This document shows, one piece after another, positions 29,655 to 43,996 of a stretch of 64,000 nt of DNA. A program made the translations under genes and the position numbers. Under the pieces are notes generated by a model. The model saw nothing but the letters and a program-made list of their open reading frames with translations. It had not been told where the DNA came from and searched no databases. This DNA is from Adineta vaga (Eukaryota; Animalia; Rotifera): positions 3,472,001 to 3,536,000 of the forward strand of contig CP075497.1 of assembly GCA_021613535.1 (NCBI GenBank), in the 5' to 3' direction. Position 1 is the first letter of the stretch, and the number at the start of each line of letters is the position of its first letter.

Positions 29655-30298
29655 CTATGATGAATACCATTTCGACTTTCGTAAATCACTTCGACACATA
29701 GGACATTTTGAACTTTTCTGCAAGAAAATGAAAAAACAAATTTCAAAAAATAAAACATTTTTCTTCTACCTTAAGCCATTTATCGATACATCGTGTGTGA
29801 AATCTGTGTAAACATGGGATCGTTCGTACTTTATCATGAGTTTTATATTCATTAAGGCAAATATCACATACAACACCAACTATCGATGCTTCTTCTGCCG
29901 TACTCATTGGATAACATTCAATTAGATGTTTGGATAAACCTAATCCAACTAAATTCTCATCATCATCTTGATCTGATAAACGACCCATCGATGTTTCCGT
30001 ATAAAAATCCCCTTCATCATCGGTTTCCCAACTAGAAAATATCGAGTTTGAAAAAGATAATAGCAACATCCTTCTATTGATTAATCTACCTATCACTTTG
30101 GTCGGCAAGAGCATCGTCAATTTCGAGAACTTCTCCAGATGTTGGTACTTGATCTAAATGAATATTTGTATGATTCTTTATTACAAATAGTTGTAATAAA
30201 ATACCTTCTGATAATGTTTGATTAGTTGTAATTGAATTATTATCAGTAACAATTTGTTCATTTGAAGATGATGAATCACGTTGGTTATCTGTCGACAT
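29655..30298 (-). CDS. RING-H2 finger protein (E3 ligase-like) 1
   Basis: CDICLNEYKTHDKVRTIPCLHRFHTRCIDKWLK|KSSKCPMCR across an intron; ends ...KSKWYSS*. Confidence 0.88.
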
Positions 30299-31526
30299 GA
30301 TATCTGAAAACTGAAGGAAACAATTTTAACCTTGACCTTGAAGAAATACTTTTGATCAAATTTTTATCTTCATAAATGAGAGTGTGATGTGATTTCGAAA
30401 GAAAAAACTTTCTCTTCGATTGATTTTGTGTACTTATAGTTAGAAATCGACGTACAATGTAACGTAAAGAATGAATAATATATTATTGCTTGACTTTCTT
30501 TCCACTGAAATTATTCTTTGATGTTCGACAGGACTCAACAGATGTCGGTGATGCTCAGCATGATGTAATAATTCTTTCATCTTTATAGTTACAAATTATT
30601 TTTATTTTTATTTTTTTTATTTTAAACAAATGACAAGAAAACAAAACGAAGATATGTGGCTGTTGTAATAAATAGAAGAAAGAATCGAGTCCTTTTACTT
30701 CTCGTTCTCGACACCATTGAGTACGTGCTTAAACCAGAATTGATCGATGTGCATCTTTAATCTGAAGAGATTCAAATTGTTCAGGATCGTCATAAAAAAT
30801 CGATTAGCTCCATTGTTCGAAATGTAATCTTTCTAAACGTTCATTATAAGTTATTCTAGCAGCAATTTTATCACTAGAGTAAAGTTTTCATACCAGTCGA
30901 CATAAATAATCTGTTGATCTTTGCGAAACAATATCCATCATACTACTTGATCGTTGATTTCTAGTTATAGGTCTCATTGCTGACACGTCATTTAAATCAT
31001 CGATGGGTGGGTGCTTGATTGAATTCATATATATATATATTTACATTGATCATAATCACGATCATCTTGTTGTATTGATGTTCGAAATGTTGTCGGAATA
31101 GTTCGTGTTATAGTACTTTGTAATGCTTAAAATTGATCTTGATGTTGACAGACTAGCTAAAAAAAGAGTTTTGTTTACTTTCGAAATGTTCATCAATCGA
31201 AAACAGGATGTGAATGAAAAGGAAAGATGTTTTTGCACATGTATATATGTTTTCAATAAAAAGTTACTACTAAGAAATTTCATGAAAGTTTATTCTTATA
31301 TGTACTTTTGTTCTTCTCAAATGACTTATGATTAAATATAACAAAGAAAAAGAAAAAGAGAAAAAATAATTTCATGACTGATTCATTTAAGGAGATAAGA
31401 TATATATGTATATTGAGGGGCTTTTTCATTTGGAATAGTTATACACACTCACACCGATACATCATTAGTGATATATAGTAATATGTATATATCGAAAGTT
31501 CAGAATAAAAAAAGAAAGAACAAATA

Positions 31527-33415
31527 TCACGATGGACGTTGAGAAGATCCTCCTCGACGAAAATGAGTAGTTCGAGGTTGCATTGGATTTCGATTCGAAT
31601 TTGTTGACCGCCGAGTGCTATTAGTATTACTATTGTTATTATGATGATGATTCGTATGTCTCGTATGACGAGAACTGGGCATTGACTGAACTTTTACCGG
31701 AGGTTCTCGACATATTGGGCAGGCGTTATTTTCCTAGAATTAATTAATAAAAAACGCAAAGATGGCTATCATAAATTTACTTGTAACCAACGGTCCCCAC
31801 ATTCTTTATGATAAATATGACGACATGAAAAACGACGTAATGTTTGGTTGGTTTCGAATTGTTCAAGACATATCCCACATTTATTTTCTTCATCTGTATT
31901 GTTTGATGTACGACGAAATGATTCTATTGGAATGGAATTAATTTGCTCTTTTGTTAACTTTTTCTTACGAACGGTATCATCAAGTTGAAGTAATCGCTAG
32001 AGAAAGAGAAAAGAAATAAGGATGATTTTATATTAATGATGAAATTCTATAGGGATTACTTCATAATCTTCTGGACCAAAATCTTCTTCTGTATCTTGAA
32101 GATTACCTGAACGACGATGTCTTCGTCCATGAAGACCAGAAAAAAAAGCATGAAAATCGTCTGGTGCAGGTCGACCTCGATTAACAAATAATTGAAAAAA
32201 TGGGTGGGGCATATTCACATAAGGATTTTCTTCGTCATTGTCATCTTCATTATGGGATGGCTGCCGATATTGAAACAGTGAAGAAAATGGAGGTGGAACA
32301 GGTTCATTTTCGTCTTCATTAGTTTGAGAAGGTTCATTCGATGATCGATGTGATTGTTGCCGTTGGACAAAAGGCGGATTTTGTCGAAAATATCGTGACA
32401 CCTGTTCTTGCCTTTGTAAATAAGCAGCATATCCTGCATCGGCTCTCAAATTTGAATGATCATCATCGGGTATATAAGTTGGCGCACTAACTGTTCCTGA
32501 TTCATCATCTGATTCTACACGAAATGGATCATATGGATGTCGATGTGATGCTAAACTATCTCTTGAATATTCTTCTTGTTGTAGTTGACGAGCATAAGCT
32601 TCATCAGCACTTAAATCTGCTAGACGACTTTGATCATATCCAGACGCTTCTAACACTATATTATTATCATTGTTTTTTCTTTCATCATGAATCTGATCTT
32701 GATTTGATATATTATCTTCATCATCGTTATCATTCGGTCGAATAATTGATCTCATTAAAGGCTAAAAGAAAGAGAAATTCGTTTGATTTCAGTTTTGAAA
32801 TTCTTACAACAAGATGTTTGAATTCATCGGATTTGAAAACACGTTGAAATTGACTTAATCTTTGTTTTATCGATGATCCTGATGGAAATTTCTGTTTCTT
32901 TTTATCTTCCATGAAAATATTTTCAAATGAAAATCAACTCGAATAGTTACTCATACGAATGATTCGAATGTTGTAGTCGCTTCCTTTTCTCACAAATACA
33001 CATATGAAATCAGAAGGAAAGAAAAAGAAAAAGAAAAAAACCGTCTCCTCCACAGGTCATCACAGAACAAGAAAAAAAAACTAAGGTAAAACGACTCCAT
33101 TTTATACGAAAGAAAAAACCAATATCTGTCGAAGAAAAAGGGAAAAAGGATATGAAACATACTCTATTAGTAATTTGATGTAATGATGATGAATTATGAT
33201 CATCTTCAACCGATTGAATTATAGAACGATGTGATGTTGAATTCAAATCCATACGTTCTCCTGTTGGTGCTGAAGGTTGTACAAGTTCACGTTTGTTTAT
33301 AATCTGAAATAAATTGAATAAGCTGAATGAAATGAGATGAGAACTAATTTATAAATACCTCATTACTATCGCGAAATGTATTCGCAATTAAAACTGGTGA
33401 TGGTGGTCTTTGCAT
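31527..33415 (-). CDS. RING-H2 finger protein (E3 ligase-like) 2 with ubiquitin-binding-like DEAYARQLQQEE motif
   Basis: MQRPPSP... start; DFGPEDYE|RLLQLDD; CGICLEQFETNQTLRRFSCRHIYHKECGDRWLQ|ENNACPICR. Confidence 0.88.
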
Positions 33416-33655
33416 TCTTTCAAAATGAAAATGAAGTCTTCCCAAGACAGAACTGCTTATTTACACATGTGATCTATAAATAGGAAGAAAAAAAGAAGAG
33501 AAAAAAAGTCTTGTTGTTTTTTTTTACAAATAGAAGATTTTTTTTCATGTTTTTTTTGTTCTTGATTTATAAAAAGAAAGAAAACGAAAAATCTGTTTCT
33601 GTGTTAGTATATATCAAATGAATAAAATAATTGTTGATAGATGAATGATTCTCGT

Positions 33656-35324
33656 TTAATTAAGAGCTTTCGGACGATCATGATAGGGACTTGATTGTTG
33701 TGTTCGTTGAATATATGCTTTACTCAATGATATTTGTCGTTCTAATTCACGTAATTGTTTTTCAGCTTGCATACGTTTTTCTGTTTCATCTTGTAATTTG
33801 GCAAGCATATTATTTGCATCAAATTTTTCCGGTGAACCATGAAATATGACCATACCTTAATCGAATCAAATTCAAAAAATAAAACTAGTGAAAATATTTT
33901 CCTTGTTTTTCAAATCGTACCATCTTTTTTATTGATCGATGCAAATATTTGTCCATTTTCAATCATATCAAGAAGATATCTTTCGGCTTCGGATGTTGAT
34001 TGAAGTTGAACACGATTAGCAAGATCTTTTAATGATACAGTTAGAAAAGTTTTTGTTAATTGTTGAATACTATTGTATATGAATGCATTTCGTGTTTGTT
34101 TAATTAAACCTAAATTTCTATCACGAGCATATTGATCACGATGACGATTGACAAATTCATCGAATTGAATTAATGTTCGATTATTAAATATATTAAATAA
34201 TTCCGTATATTGTGAAGTACATAAACTTGTGATCGTTTGTTGAACATTTCGACTTGTATATGCTGGTAATGGATTAGATGGAATCGAACCGGATATTAAT
34301 TTGACTAAAACATATTTTTTATAGGCTTCAATTGCAATCGCTGATGTTGCTTGAGCTGGAACTGTAATAACATTCTCGAAGAAATTAGCAGCACGATCGA
34401 ATTGTTTGATACAAGCATAGATCATTCCACCATAATAATAAGCAAGAAGAACATGTTTAACATCGAATTTTCCATTTTCACGATTTATATCAATGATATC
34501 AGTATCCAAATAAGTCAAAGCAGGTTCAAACCATTGACAAAGTAAACAAAGTTGATAAAGATCAGAATGAATGGATAATAATTGGCCAGGTTCACGACGA
34601 AGAAGTTCAATTGCTCGATAAAGAATAGGAATTCCTAAACAAATCAATCAATCTATCGATATAACTCCGTTGTTTTTCTTTATCATTGTACAAAAAAATC
34701 CTGATTGATTCGAAAACAAAAGAACACTGTGACCTCAAATTTATCGAGATTTTCTTCAATAACAAAGTAAAAACGAATAACATTAAATTTAAATGTGAAG
34801 GCTGTGATCTAACATTATGCATAAGTAAAAAATCTCCTCTATCTTAAATAAATATACACGATAAGACAATTTTCATATAACTGGAAATCTCAACACGAAT
34901 GACTTACCGAGACGAGCACGATTCTCTTTTCGAAGTCGTTCTGTAATAACATGACATATTTCACATAAATATTGTGGTAAATATTGAACTTGTTCAACTG
35001 AACTTGTCTGTATAAAATTATCGACTTGAGATAGATATGCATCAAAATCAGGTATATTTGGTGCTTTCACAATCGCATGTAAACACGCCAGCATACACTA
35101 GAAGAAAAACAAATATTTGTTTTCTTTTAGAAACGATTCTTTTTTTCTCCTCTTACCATCGAATAGTCCGGTAGAGGAAATGTAGCAATAATTGAATCGA
35201 TATGTTGAATATTTTTACTTAATTGATCAACACTTGGATTCATTAATGTTTGGGCTAAATCATTGAATTTTTCATCGGCTGATAATTGTCGAATAGTTAC
35301 AACAAATTGATCTAATGTTGTCAT
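33656..35324 (-). CDS. COPS3: COP9 signalosome subunit 3
   Basis: MTTLDQFVVTIRQLSA N-terminus, LLSIHSDLYQLCL, YYYGGMIY, EAYKKYVLV, PCI domain IQQLTKTFLTVSLKDLANRVQL...MIENGQIFASINKKDGMV. Confidence 0.95.
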
Positions 35325-35625
35325 TTTTTTTTTCAAAGAAAAATATCTATCTAAAAATGAAAATGGATGAAGATGATCTTTATATTTGATTTTTATATGA
35401 GTATTTAACTTTTGAAATTTCAATAAAGATAGACAAAATATAACATTTCTTATTTTAATAAAAACAAAAACATTCAGTTTTATACGATTGGTAGAGAAAA
35501 CTATGTATCGTATGACAAATCTAGATGGCGTTCTTTTTCAGTATTAACAAGAAACAAACCTATTGTTATTCGAAATTTTATTATTTCCAAAAATAAAACA
35601 TATTAACTATATACAGAAGAAATCA

Positions 35626-36231
35626 CTAATCAAACGAAGAACATTCTTCATCACAATTATTAAGCAATGAATAAAGATTAGTTAGAAGATGTTGTTGATT
35701 TTGTGATTTAACAAACTCAGAAAAATTTAGATCAGTTATCAATGGAACTAATGGTGCTTGTTTAGCGTTGTAAACTGCTCGATTTAATTGCGCTTTTCGT
35801 GCTTCTAATTCTATATGTTGATTTTGTAGATTGACTTTTTCTTGTTCAAGTTCTTTGAGTTTTTCAACAAGATTCATTTCGATTTCTTCACGAGTTCGTT
35901 TTAATTCACGGCATGCAATGCGATTTTTAGCACGTCGAATTTCACGTTTGATTGCTTCTTCATCTGAAAGGGGTTCATCTTTTGATCGACGACCAGTTGC
36001 CAATGTTTGTGGAATAGCTCGTCGATGAAAAACACGAATTGGACCATAATCAACAGCCAATGATCCTGGATTTGATTCATTCGATTTTTTATTTCGACTT
36101 CTGGATCTTGATCTAGCCATCTCATTAGATACAGTGTCTTGTGAAATTCTTGATGATGTTGATGATGACGATGTATCAGTATCACTGAATTCTACTCTGT
36201 CAACGAACGATGATTGAGAACAACACGACAT
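35626..36231 (-). CDS. Fos/ATF3-like bZIP transcription factor (single exon)
   Basis: LSDEEAIKREIRRAKNRIACRELKRTR basic region followed by heptad leucines (LVEKLKELEQEKVNLQNQHIELEARKAQL). Confidence 0.85.
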   Translation of the reverse strand: MSCCSQSSFVDRVEFSDTDTSSSSTSSRISQDTVSNEMARSRSRSRNKKSNESNPGSLAVDYGPIRVFHRRAIPQTLATGRRSKDEPLSDEEAIKREIRRAKNRIACRELKRTREEIEMNLVEKLKELEQEKVNLQNQHIELEARKAQLNRAVYNAKQAPLVPLITDLNFSEFVKSQNQQHLLTNLYSLLNNCDEECSSFD

Positions 36232-37925
36232 ATCTTGTACGAGTATGGATGTGAATAAACGTTTACAGTGAAAACTATCTACGATATCATACGGTATATA
36301 TATGGAGATTTGACCTGTTAGCTATGTCATTCTTTTCTTCTTTTCTTAAATATTCATAAATACTGAATAAACGGTATGACATATCGATAGATAATGCAAA
36401 ATCCTTGCTAATATAAGATTGTAAATAAAAATCCAATTATATTTTATTATTTCTAATCGATTGACATATTTGAAAATAAAAAAATATTTCGTGTCATTCA
36501 TTCATTCATTTACGGCCTGATTTACGTATTATAATGAGATAAATAAGAAGTAAAGAAGGAATTATTTAGCTAAACATCAATTAAGGGCATAGTTGCCATA
36601 GATAAGAATAATTAAAACGTTTACTACAATTACCTATTTCATATGATGCATATCGGCAATTAATCAAACGAAATTGTAAGATTTGCTATTGCATTAATTG
36701 CTTTTTTTTCTTTCTTATAGGTGATAGGCTTTCATGTATTTGTTTAATCTATCGTAAATTACATTGATAAAAAGAAATATATTTATGTATATACAATACA
36801 TATAAAACAAGGATGAAACGGTTGAATTGAAAAGTTAATTAGCACCTTTAAGATTCAGGTGATCGTGTACGGATTAAAAAGCATTCTTTTGTTCTCTCTA
36901 TCCGAATTCGTACAGTCGTAAGACATTATTAGTTTATGATTTGATTTTGTTTTTAGGAACAATATATCTTCCTTTTTTTATAAATCCAAAGACCGTAAAT
37001 TTCATATCGATTGTCGACTTTTGCGATGAGAATGCTGGTCACACTGAATTAAAGCCTCTCTAGATGTTTTTACGAACTTGATTCAAATGAGACAATTGAT
37101 AAACAAAGATATTGATAGATTTCGATATTTAATTATTAAAATTTAAAGTTTTTCTCATTGCAACAGCATAAATACGAAGTAGCTGTGCTTAATCGGATCA
37201 AAACATTGATTACAAATATCTTTAATCATGATATGTCGCAATAACCTAAAAACTATTTTGCAATCGCTTTTCTATCGATTAATTTCACCTTGTTTACAAA
37301 ATATATTCTATCAAATGTTGTCGTCATTCTCAAGAACAATAGCAGCTAAATATATTTGAAATAAGATTAGAGATTATTCGTACAGCATATTGTCAATAAG
37401 GTTCTGTTGTAAATCAATTATTTTAATGATTGAGCGAGAAATTAGAATCGTATAAGATCTCTTATTCATCAAGATGTACCGACCGAAAAAAACAGTAGTT
37501 AAAATTCCCACAAAAACAGATAAAAATACATTACTTCACACTTCATTAGACATATGACAAATATCATAGACGCCAATAAAAACATATCTAACTAGCGTGT
37601 AATGTTTATCATTTGCATTTTGTTTCTCTGAATAGTCTGTTTAGAAGAATTAATAAATATGTTGATGTTTAACTAAATGTATACGATCATCAATGTTTTT
37701 ATTTTCTGATTTGAAATAAAGAAAAAAATAGTTTTGTTAAATACAACAACAGGTAAATCGCTCGATTATATTTCAAGATTTGTTTCGTTTGATTACTTTT
37801 CAAATCCCTGACTACAAATAGATGAAGAATATGGAAAAAAAATAATAGTTTCCAATGTCAGATCATCCAACTAAACGGAAATAGAAGGATAATTGAGTGT
37901 AGATTTGTCAATAAGTTATTGATTG

Positions 37926-39290
37926 TTAGTTCAATTTTTTTAATTGTTCGAAAACGATAAAGAAAACAATGTTCCAAGGACCTAATCGAAGCCATGATGG
38001 AACGAAACCTTTATATAATGCTAAAAATCCTTCATTTTTCACCGTCTAAAAACAAAAAAATTGCGTTTTTTTCCGAAAATAAAGAATCAATTCAATTACT
38101 TTTGTAAAACAATCAACAATTCCTTTGTACGGTGTTGCTGTTAAATTAGAACGACGAGTTAAGTGTTCTTGATTCATCAATCGTGTCTACAACAAAATGT
38201 AATCACAATCAACCAAAGAAATCAATTTTTCACTTACTCGTACAACATCAATCGGTGTACTTGCAAGTGCACCTGCAAAACCAGCTGAAAATGATGAAAG
38301 AAAATGTGTTCCAATCGTATCAGAGCCATTAAATCGACATATTATTTGTTTTTTCATCCAATCATACACAGCTAACTCGACACCACAAACGATTGCTGCT
38401 CGTTGAATTGTAGGTAACACTCCCTTGGAAAAGAGAAAGAAAAAAATAATAACCAAAATAAACAATGAAATCCTTTCATTTACACTCCATAAACCAGTAA
38501 ATCCTTCCTTTTTTGCAATAGAAACCATAGCTGGAAAAAGTCGTTTGCCTTGAACACTTGGATGATTAGCTTGCATACGAATCTAAATGGAATGAAAACT
38601 TGCAAATCAAATTCATAATTGTTTACTTTTAATAGATCAGTTGGATTTGCAATTGCATTTGCTAATGCACCAGAGAACATTCCATTTAAAACATTTACAT
38701 AAAGTTTTTCGTCTGAAAAGAAACTCATATTAACATTGATAAAGATCAATTTGAATACGAACGTTGAATATCTTCAGCAAAGATTCGTTTGATTTTTTGA
38801 TAAATACCCATTTTGATTGTTCCATAAGTAGCTTGACGTAACAGAGCAGCGGAAACCCTGTATTAAAATTCCGATGCTTATGATTGAAGAAAAAAAAACT
38901 GATAAGAAAAAACAAACCCAGAATAGAGCATTCGAATTCCTTCTTCTTGACCAATTCTAAAATTGATTTGATAAAGATGAAAATATTTATTTTGTGGAAA
39001 CAACTTCTTCTACCGAAAAACTGCTTGAAACATATTTGTGTATTTCTTTTGAGCATATTTGACTTGTTGACTGGAATTATCAAATATTTGTCCTTGAATT
39101 TGTAGACGAGTTTTTGTTAGATCGAGCGGATAAGTTACTAAACATAAATTGAATGAAATCATTTCTTAATTCTTAGTTCTTTGTTATGTCAATTGAAACA
39201 ATGTGAAGTGCATTGACAATAATCAAATTTACCTAATTCAGCAACACTTGAAGCGAGACCACCGAACACGAATGGTCGCCAGTCAAACAT
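37926..39290 (-). CDS. Mitochondrial carrier, UCP5/KMCP1 (SLC25A14/SLC25A30) type
   Basis: [19 protein letters not shown]; three Px[DE]xx[KR] signatures ([23 protein letters not shown]); [18 protein letters not shown] end. Confidence 0.92.
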
Positions 39291-39584
39291 AACATATTAT
39301 CTAGAAAAATCACAAAATCTAAGCATTTCTATCCTTTAAAATTCATCCGAAAACAAACCATTGTTAGATTATAAGTTTTAAAAACTTCACACTATAGATT
39401 TTATTATAAGAAGGGTGTTTATCTGGGTAATATCATATCTTCACGTTTCATTAAATTCACCGAGTAAGTAGCAAAAAAAGAAAGTTCATCATGCAAATAA
39501 ACGTTTAAAAAAAAGAAATTTATTCCAAAGAGAAAAAAAGAAGGAAGACTATTTCGTTGTTTATGTGCTTTTATCATTTGAGAT

Positions 39585-40359
39585 TCAAGCATGATTCGAT
39601 TCATGAATACGATCGGCATTGGCAGCAAAGGCTTCTAAATCACCTTCGGAAAATTGAAATAAAGTTGTGAAATGTTCTATATTATTCAGTTTTTGACGAC
39701 CATTTAAACCAAGTAATTCGATGATAACCAATGTTTCGACAACTTCACAACCAAGATCGACACATAATTTCTGTGCTGCACCCAATGTACCTTTAGAGGA
39801 AACGAAAGAAAGAGATATAAAAATTGAAATAAGAATACAATTATACGAACCACCGGTAGCAAGTAAATCATCCACTAAAAGAATTCTTCGCCCAGGTTGA
39901 AGAACATTCTCTTGAATTTCCATTGTATCCTTTCCTAAACAAACGTAGATGATAGTTTATGATAGAAAATAAAGTTTTAATTCACCATATTCAAGATCAT
40001 AATCGATTTTGGCCACTTTTCCCGGAAGTTTGCCATGTTTTCGAACGGGAACAAATGGAACTTGTAATTCTAAAGCTATTTGTGGTCCAAATACAAACCC
40101 ACGTGCTTCAAGGCCAACAACAACATCGATTGTTCGACTTCGATCTTTCAAACGTTTTAAAATCACATCAATCAAAGCACGATGTGCTTTTGGATTACCA
40201 AAAATACCAAAAATATCACTAAAATATTCAACAAAGACTTCATTTTAAGATTTTCTTGATAAAAACTTACATGAATGTGATTCCTTGCTTTGGAAAATTT
40301 GGACAAAGTTTCAATGATGATCGAATAATTTCCAAACTTTGATCGTCTTTACCTGTCAT
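39585..40359 (-). CDS. APRT: Adenine phosphoribosyltransferase
   Basis: PNFPKQGITF, VVGLEARGFVFG, PVRKHGKLPG, YDLEYG, PRPP motif LLVDDLLATGGT. Confidence 0.96.
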
Positions 40360-41858
40360 GATTAAATGTATGATCTAGAAGAAGAATAAAAAAAAACAGT
40401 TTAATCTTATCAATGTACGCGTTTATTTTAACAAAAAAAGAGAAATGACGAATGTTAGTTTTCTCTTTATTTTGCTCATTGTGCAAATATCTTCACGTTA
40501 TTGCATTTGCTTTTATCGTATTAAAAAAAAGAACGTTTTTGATGAATAAAAATGACGATATAACTATATATATACATATATGCATAATGATTGTGAAAGC
40601 CTGAGAAAAAAAGACAGAAGATATGTATTTGTTCGTAATGTAAGTAATAATAAGCATAACGATCCTTCTATTCATACATCGAAGAAGAGAATAAGAAAGC
40701 AATCTGAAGGTCAATGTCTTACTCCAAAGATATTTTCCCAAGAATTCTAACGAGAGATCAATTCTTCGAACAATGTTGCGAATATGTTGTTTTTCTCGCT
40801 CGTTCTTTCATTAACTCAACGAATGAAATCTAAACATTATTTTATCATTAATATTTTATCGTCAGATTTCTCGCATAAAAAAAATGAACAAACATACATT
40901 TTTGATCACTACTGAAAAACTGGATACTAAATGAAGAAATTCTCTAGAAAAAAAGGTAATTTTTATCTTAAGCCATAAAAATAATTCAACAATAGTTTGT
41001 ATGATTTCAGATGGCTAGAGTTCGTTGACTAAATCCGAAAAACATATATACCGATTCATTAAATTCTTAAAATAGATGAGAAAAATATTCATAAGTCCGT
41101 TGTTTATTTTATACCTAATCAAATTGTAAATAAAAACTTTACTTTCGCGAACTAAGTATCTCTATCGATTCGATTCGATCATTAGTTTTTATTGATAGCA
41201 TACATATTGGTTAGAATAACTCTTCAGAGAAAAAAACCTTTACAACAGAGGGCGTTCGATAACGTAAATGTGGAAAATATTCGACAAATTGGTCATTTGA
41301 GTTTTCTATATAAAAGAAATGAATTAATGTCAAGAAAAGTCGATTAAAATGTTAATATTTATTAATCTTTCTTGTTTTTTTCGATTTCCATAAAACAGGA
41401 AACAATTTCCTGTTCTTTCCGTTGACACTTTTTTGGATCATTATATCAAACAAATGTATTTACCAGATGTGTAGTCTTATATATATATAATAATTGTGAT
41501 TTCTTCTATTATTGACTACATACTTTCAATAATGAAAAAACAAGGGTAGCTAGTTTTGTACTTCAAAATGATCCATCAAAATTTGCCTCTTTTTTGAAGA
41601 CATTTATGTTTGGCTAATATCTTCTCCGAATATTCAATAAACATAGGAGCTTTTTATACCATTCGATAGGACGGAATCTTCGCTGCAGAATTCTTTGAAG
41701 TACTAAATTCTATTGAATGACTTTTAAGATTGAAAAAGTCGAACTATTGAAATACTCGGTCAGTTTATATTTGTGCATGGCACTTCTTTCGTATTTCGGT
41801 CAAAACTTCTCTGTTATGAAATTGTTCCAGAAAAACAAGGAAAATTTCTGAAAACCAT

Positions 41859-41900
41859 CTTGAGTGTGGGTGTGGGTGGAGAAGGAATACCCACACCCTA
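41859..41900 (+). repeat. Short GC-rich repeat end (possible MITE/DNA-transposon terminal remnant)
   Basis: ttgagtgtgggtgtgggtggagaaggaatacccacacccta; related, in inverted orientation, to 44798-44845. Confidence 0.45.
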
Positions 41901-42974
41901 GTTCTTTTTTCCATGCTTTAATTTCTAATTACATCAGTATAGCCTCTACAAATGTCATGTTTTATACAAACAGTGTATTTATATCTCAATAGAGATAGAC
42001 ATTTCTTTTATCTTCGATCGAATCGGCCCTCTATATTCTTGTCCTGAACGGGCGCAAATTTTCGCATCCGAATCCTAAACGACCCGATTGTCTCATACTC
42101 GTATCCGAATCGTACCCGGATAGCTGTAGCGTTTCCCTCATCCTCACTCATTGAACGATATCCCAATGTTTTTTGCTCATCGTTTAGCCGACAAGCTGTT
42201 TTCTTCTAATTCTAGTCTTGGTTAAACGATCAACACGAACCAACAACAATAACAACTCACGAACAGAATAAAACCTTCATGTTGATTTAATTTCTTCTAT
42301 TCTCATTTATTATTCATTTTTAGTCTTGTGTTGATATTATTTACTTTTGTTGTTGTTGTTATTGTTCTTCTGGTTCTTGTTGTGTTTGAGGTTAATGAGA
42401 ACTATTCCTCCTTACCCATCCCATCGAGTAATATATTTCCATAGTTAGGTCTTCATCAATGAGAGAGAAAGAGGATTAGCAGTAGACGCCGACAAATAAA
42501 TCGATTCAATTTAGCCGAAAGAGAGAGAGAGTAATAAATAGGACAGTTATCTGCCTGAAACGTTCGATAGCTTGAAAGAATATATTCGAAACTCGTCACT
42601 TTGTATTATTTTTTATTATTCATTTCATTATTGTTCCAAATAAATCATTCACACAGATTCAATCCTAGAAAATCTCAATCATCTCCCTCATCTCTATCTC
42701 TTCATTCAATTTCTTCACATCTATTTCGTTGATTCCTCCATCGATTGCTTGTCGAGCTATCAATTGCATTGGGTATATTTCATCTTCTCAGTTATCGAAG
42801 AACTAATCGACTATTCATCTGATTATCTCGTTTTTTTAATTCTCTTAATCATCATTGTTGATTCGTTACCTTTATGTTTTACCCTCCCTCACTACTCGAC
42901 AAAGAACCTTTCTTATTTATGTGTTTCAGAGTATTTTTCAGGATATGTTAAAATACAGAAAGTTGAAAAATCTT

Positions 42975-43996
42975 TTACACAAAAACGTTTATATACGGTG
43001 ATGGCACCGCGATTGGTGTGAATCTTTGTTCGAAAATTCGCAAATTCTCCATCGGAACTAGAATTGGTTGTAATGATTGTACTTCAATTGGTAGACGTGT
43101 TGTTAAAGGACTATCGTATGATGATGATCTCATTAGTTTTCTTTCAGATTTGACCGGTTTCTTGACTTGTTTTGTTCCAAATATCTTTCGATAATCAAAA
43201 TACGAACTATATAGTTTACTATTATAGTTCTTTAGCAGGTCGTAGAACAAGTGAAGTTGTTTTTTGAATCCTAAATTAAATAAAAATGCAAGGTAGTTGT
43301 TGTTTCATCAGCTGCTAATTGCTGAATGAGGCAAAGGTAATCTGCATTAAAAAATACATGAAATATGAATTTCTTTTTGTTTTACCACTTACTTGGACGC
43401 TGCTTTTTGACTAAAGAAAAACTTTCAAAAGATGAAAAGGGAGAAGATGGTCTGTGTTCATCTTTGTTAACCATGAAAAGTTTGTCGGTTAACCTTTAGA
43501 TCGCCTTATTAGTTCGTTCTACTTTTCAAACTTTTTTTCTGCATAGTAGGATCGGCTCATTTTGGTAGCAGCATTTTCTTACAGAATTCTTACCTGAGTT
43601 AATTGAGATGATCGGTCGTTTCTCCTTCAGATATTTTTTTGCTGCATAATAATCGTAACGATAAGTTCGCATTAAATACATCATTGCAATCGTTGCACTT
43701 CGACTCTTGCCTGCACGACAGTGAATTAAAACTTGATTTGTATCATTTTTTTCCAAAGCTTTTGTAATAAAATCATAACAAGTTCCAAATTTTAACAAAA
43801 GGTCCTCCTTTTCATTGTCTTCGGCACAAATGAAAAGATGTTTCCGTTCTGATCCATTAGGATGTAAAGATGGCTTTTCACTCATCACACTGATAACATG
43901 AGTGATGGAATGTGATAAGTTTTTTGCTGATTGTAAATCACCGAGACGGACGCGAGGGTCAATTTGAGTGACACAGGAAGACTTATTGAAACGCAT
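42975..43996 (-). CDS. Dual-specificity protein phosphatase (2 exons)
   Basis: Active-site VLIHCRAGKSRSATIAMMYLM; general-acid loop AEDNEKED; KRPIISINS|GFKKQL across a ~320-nt intron. Confidence 0.9.

Noticed and set aside
29655-35324. Apparent ubiquitin-pathway cluster (two RING-H2 genes + CSN3)
   Set aside because: RING genes are abundant and the two are not close paralogs; adjacency is plausibly chance.
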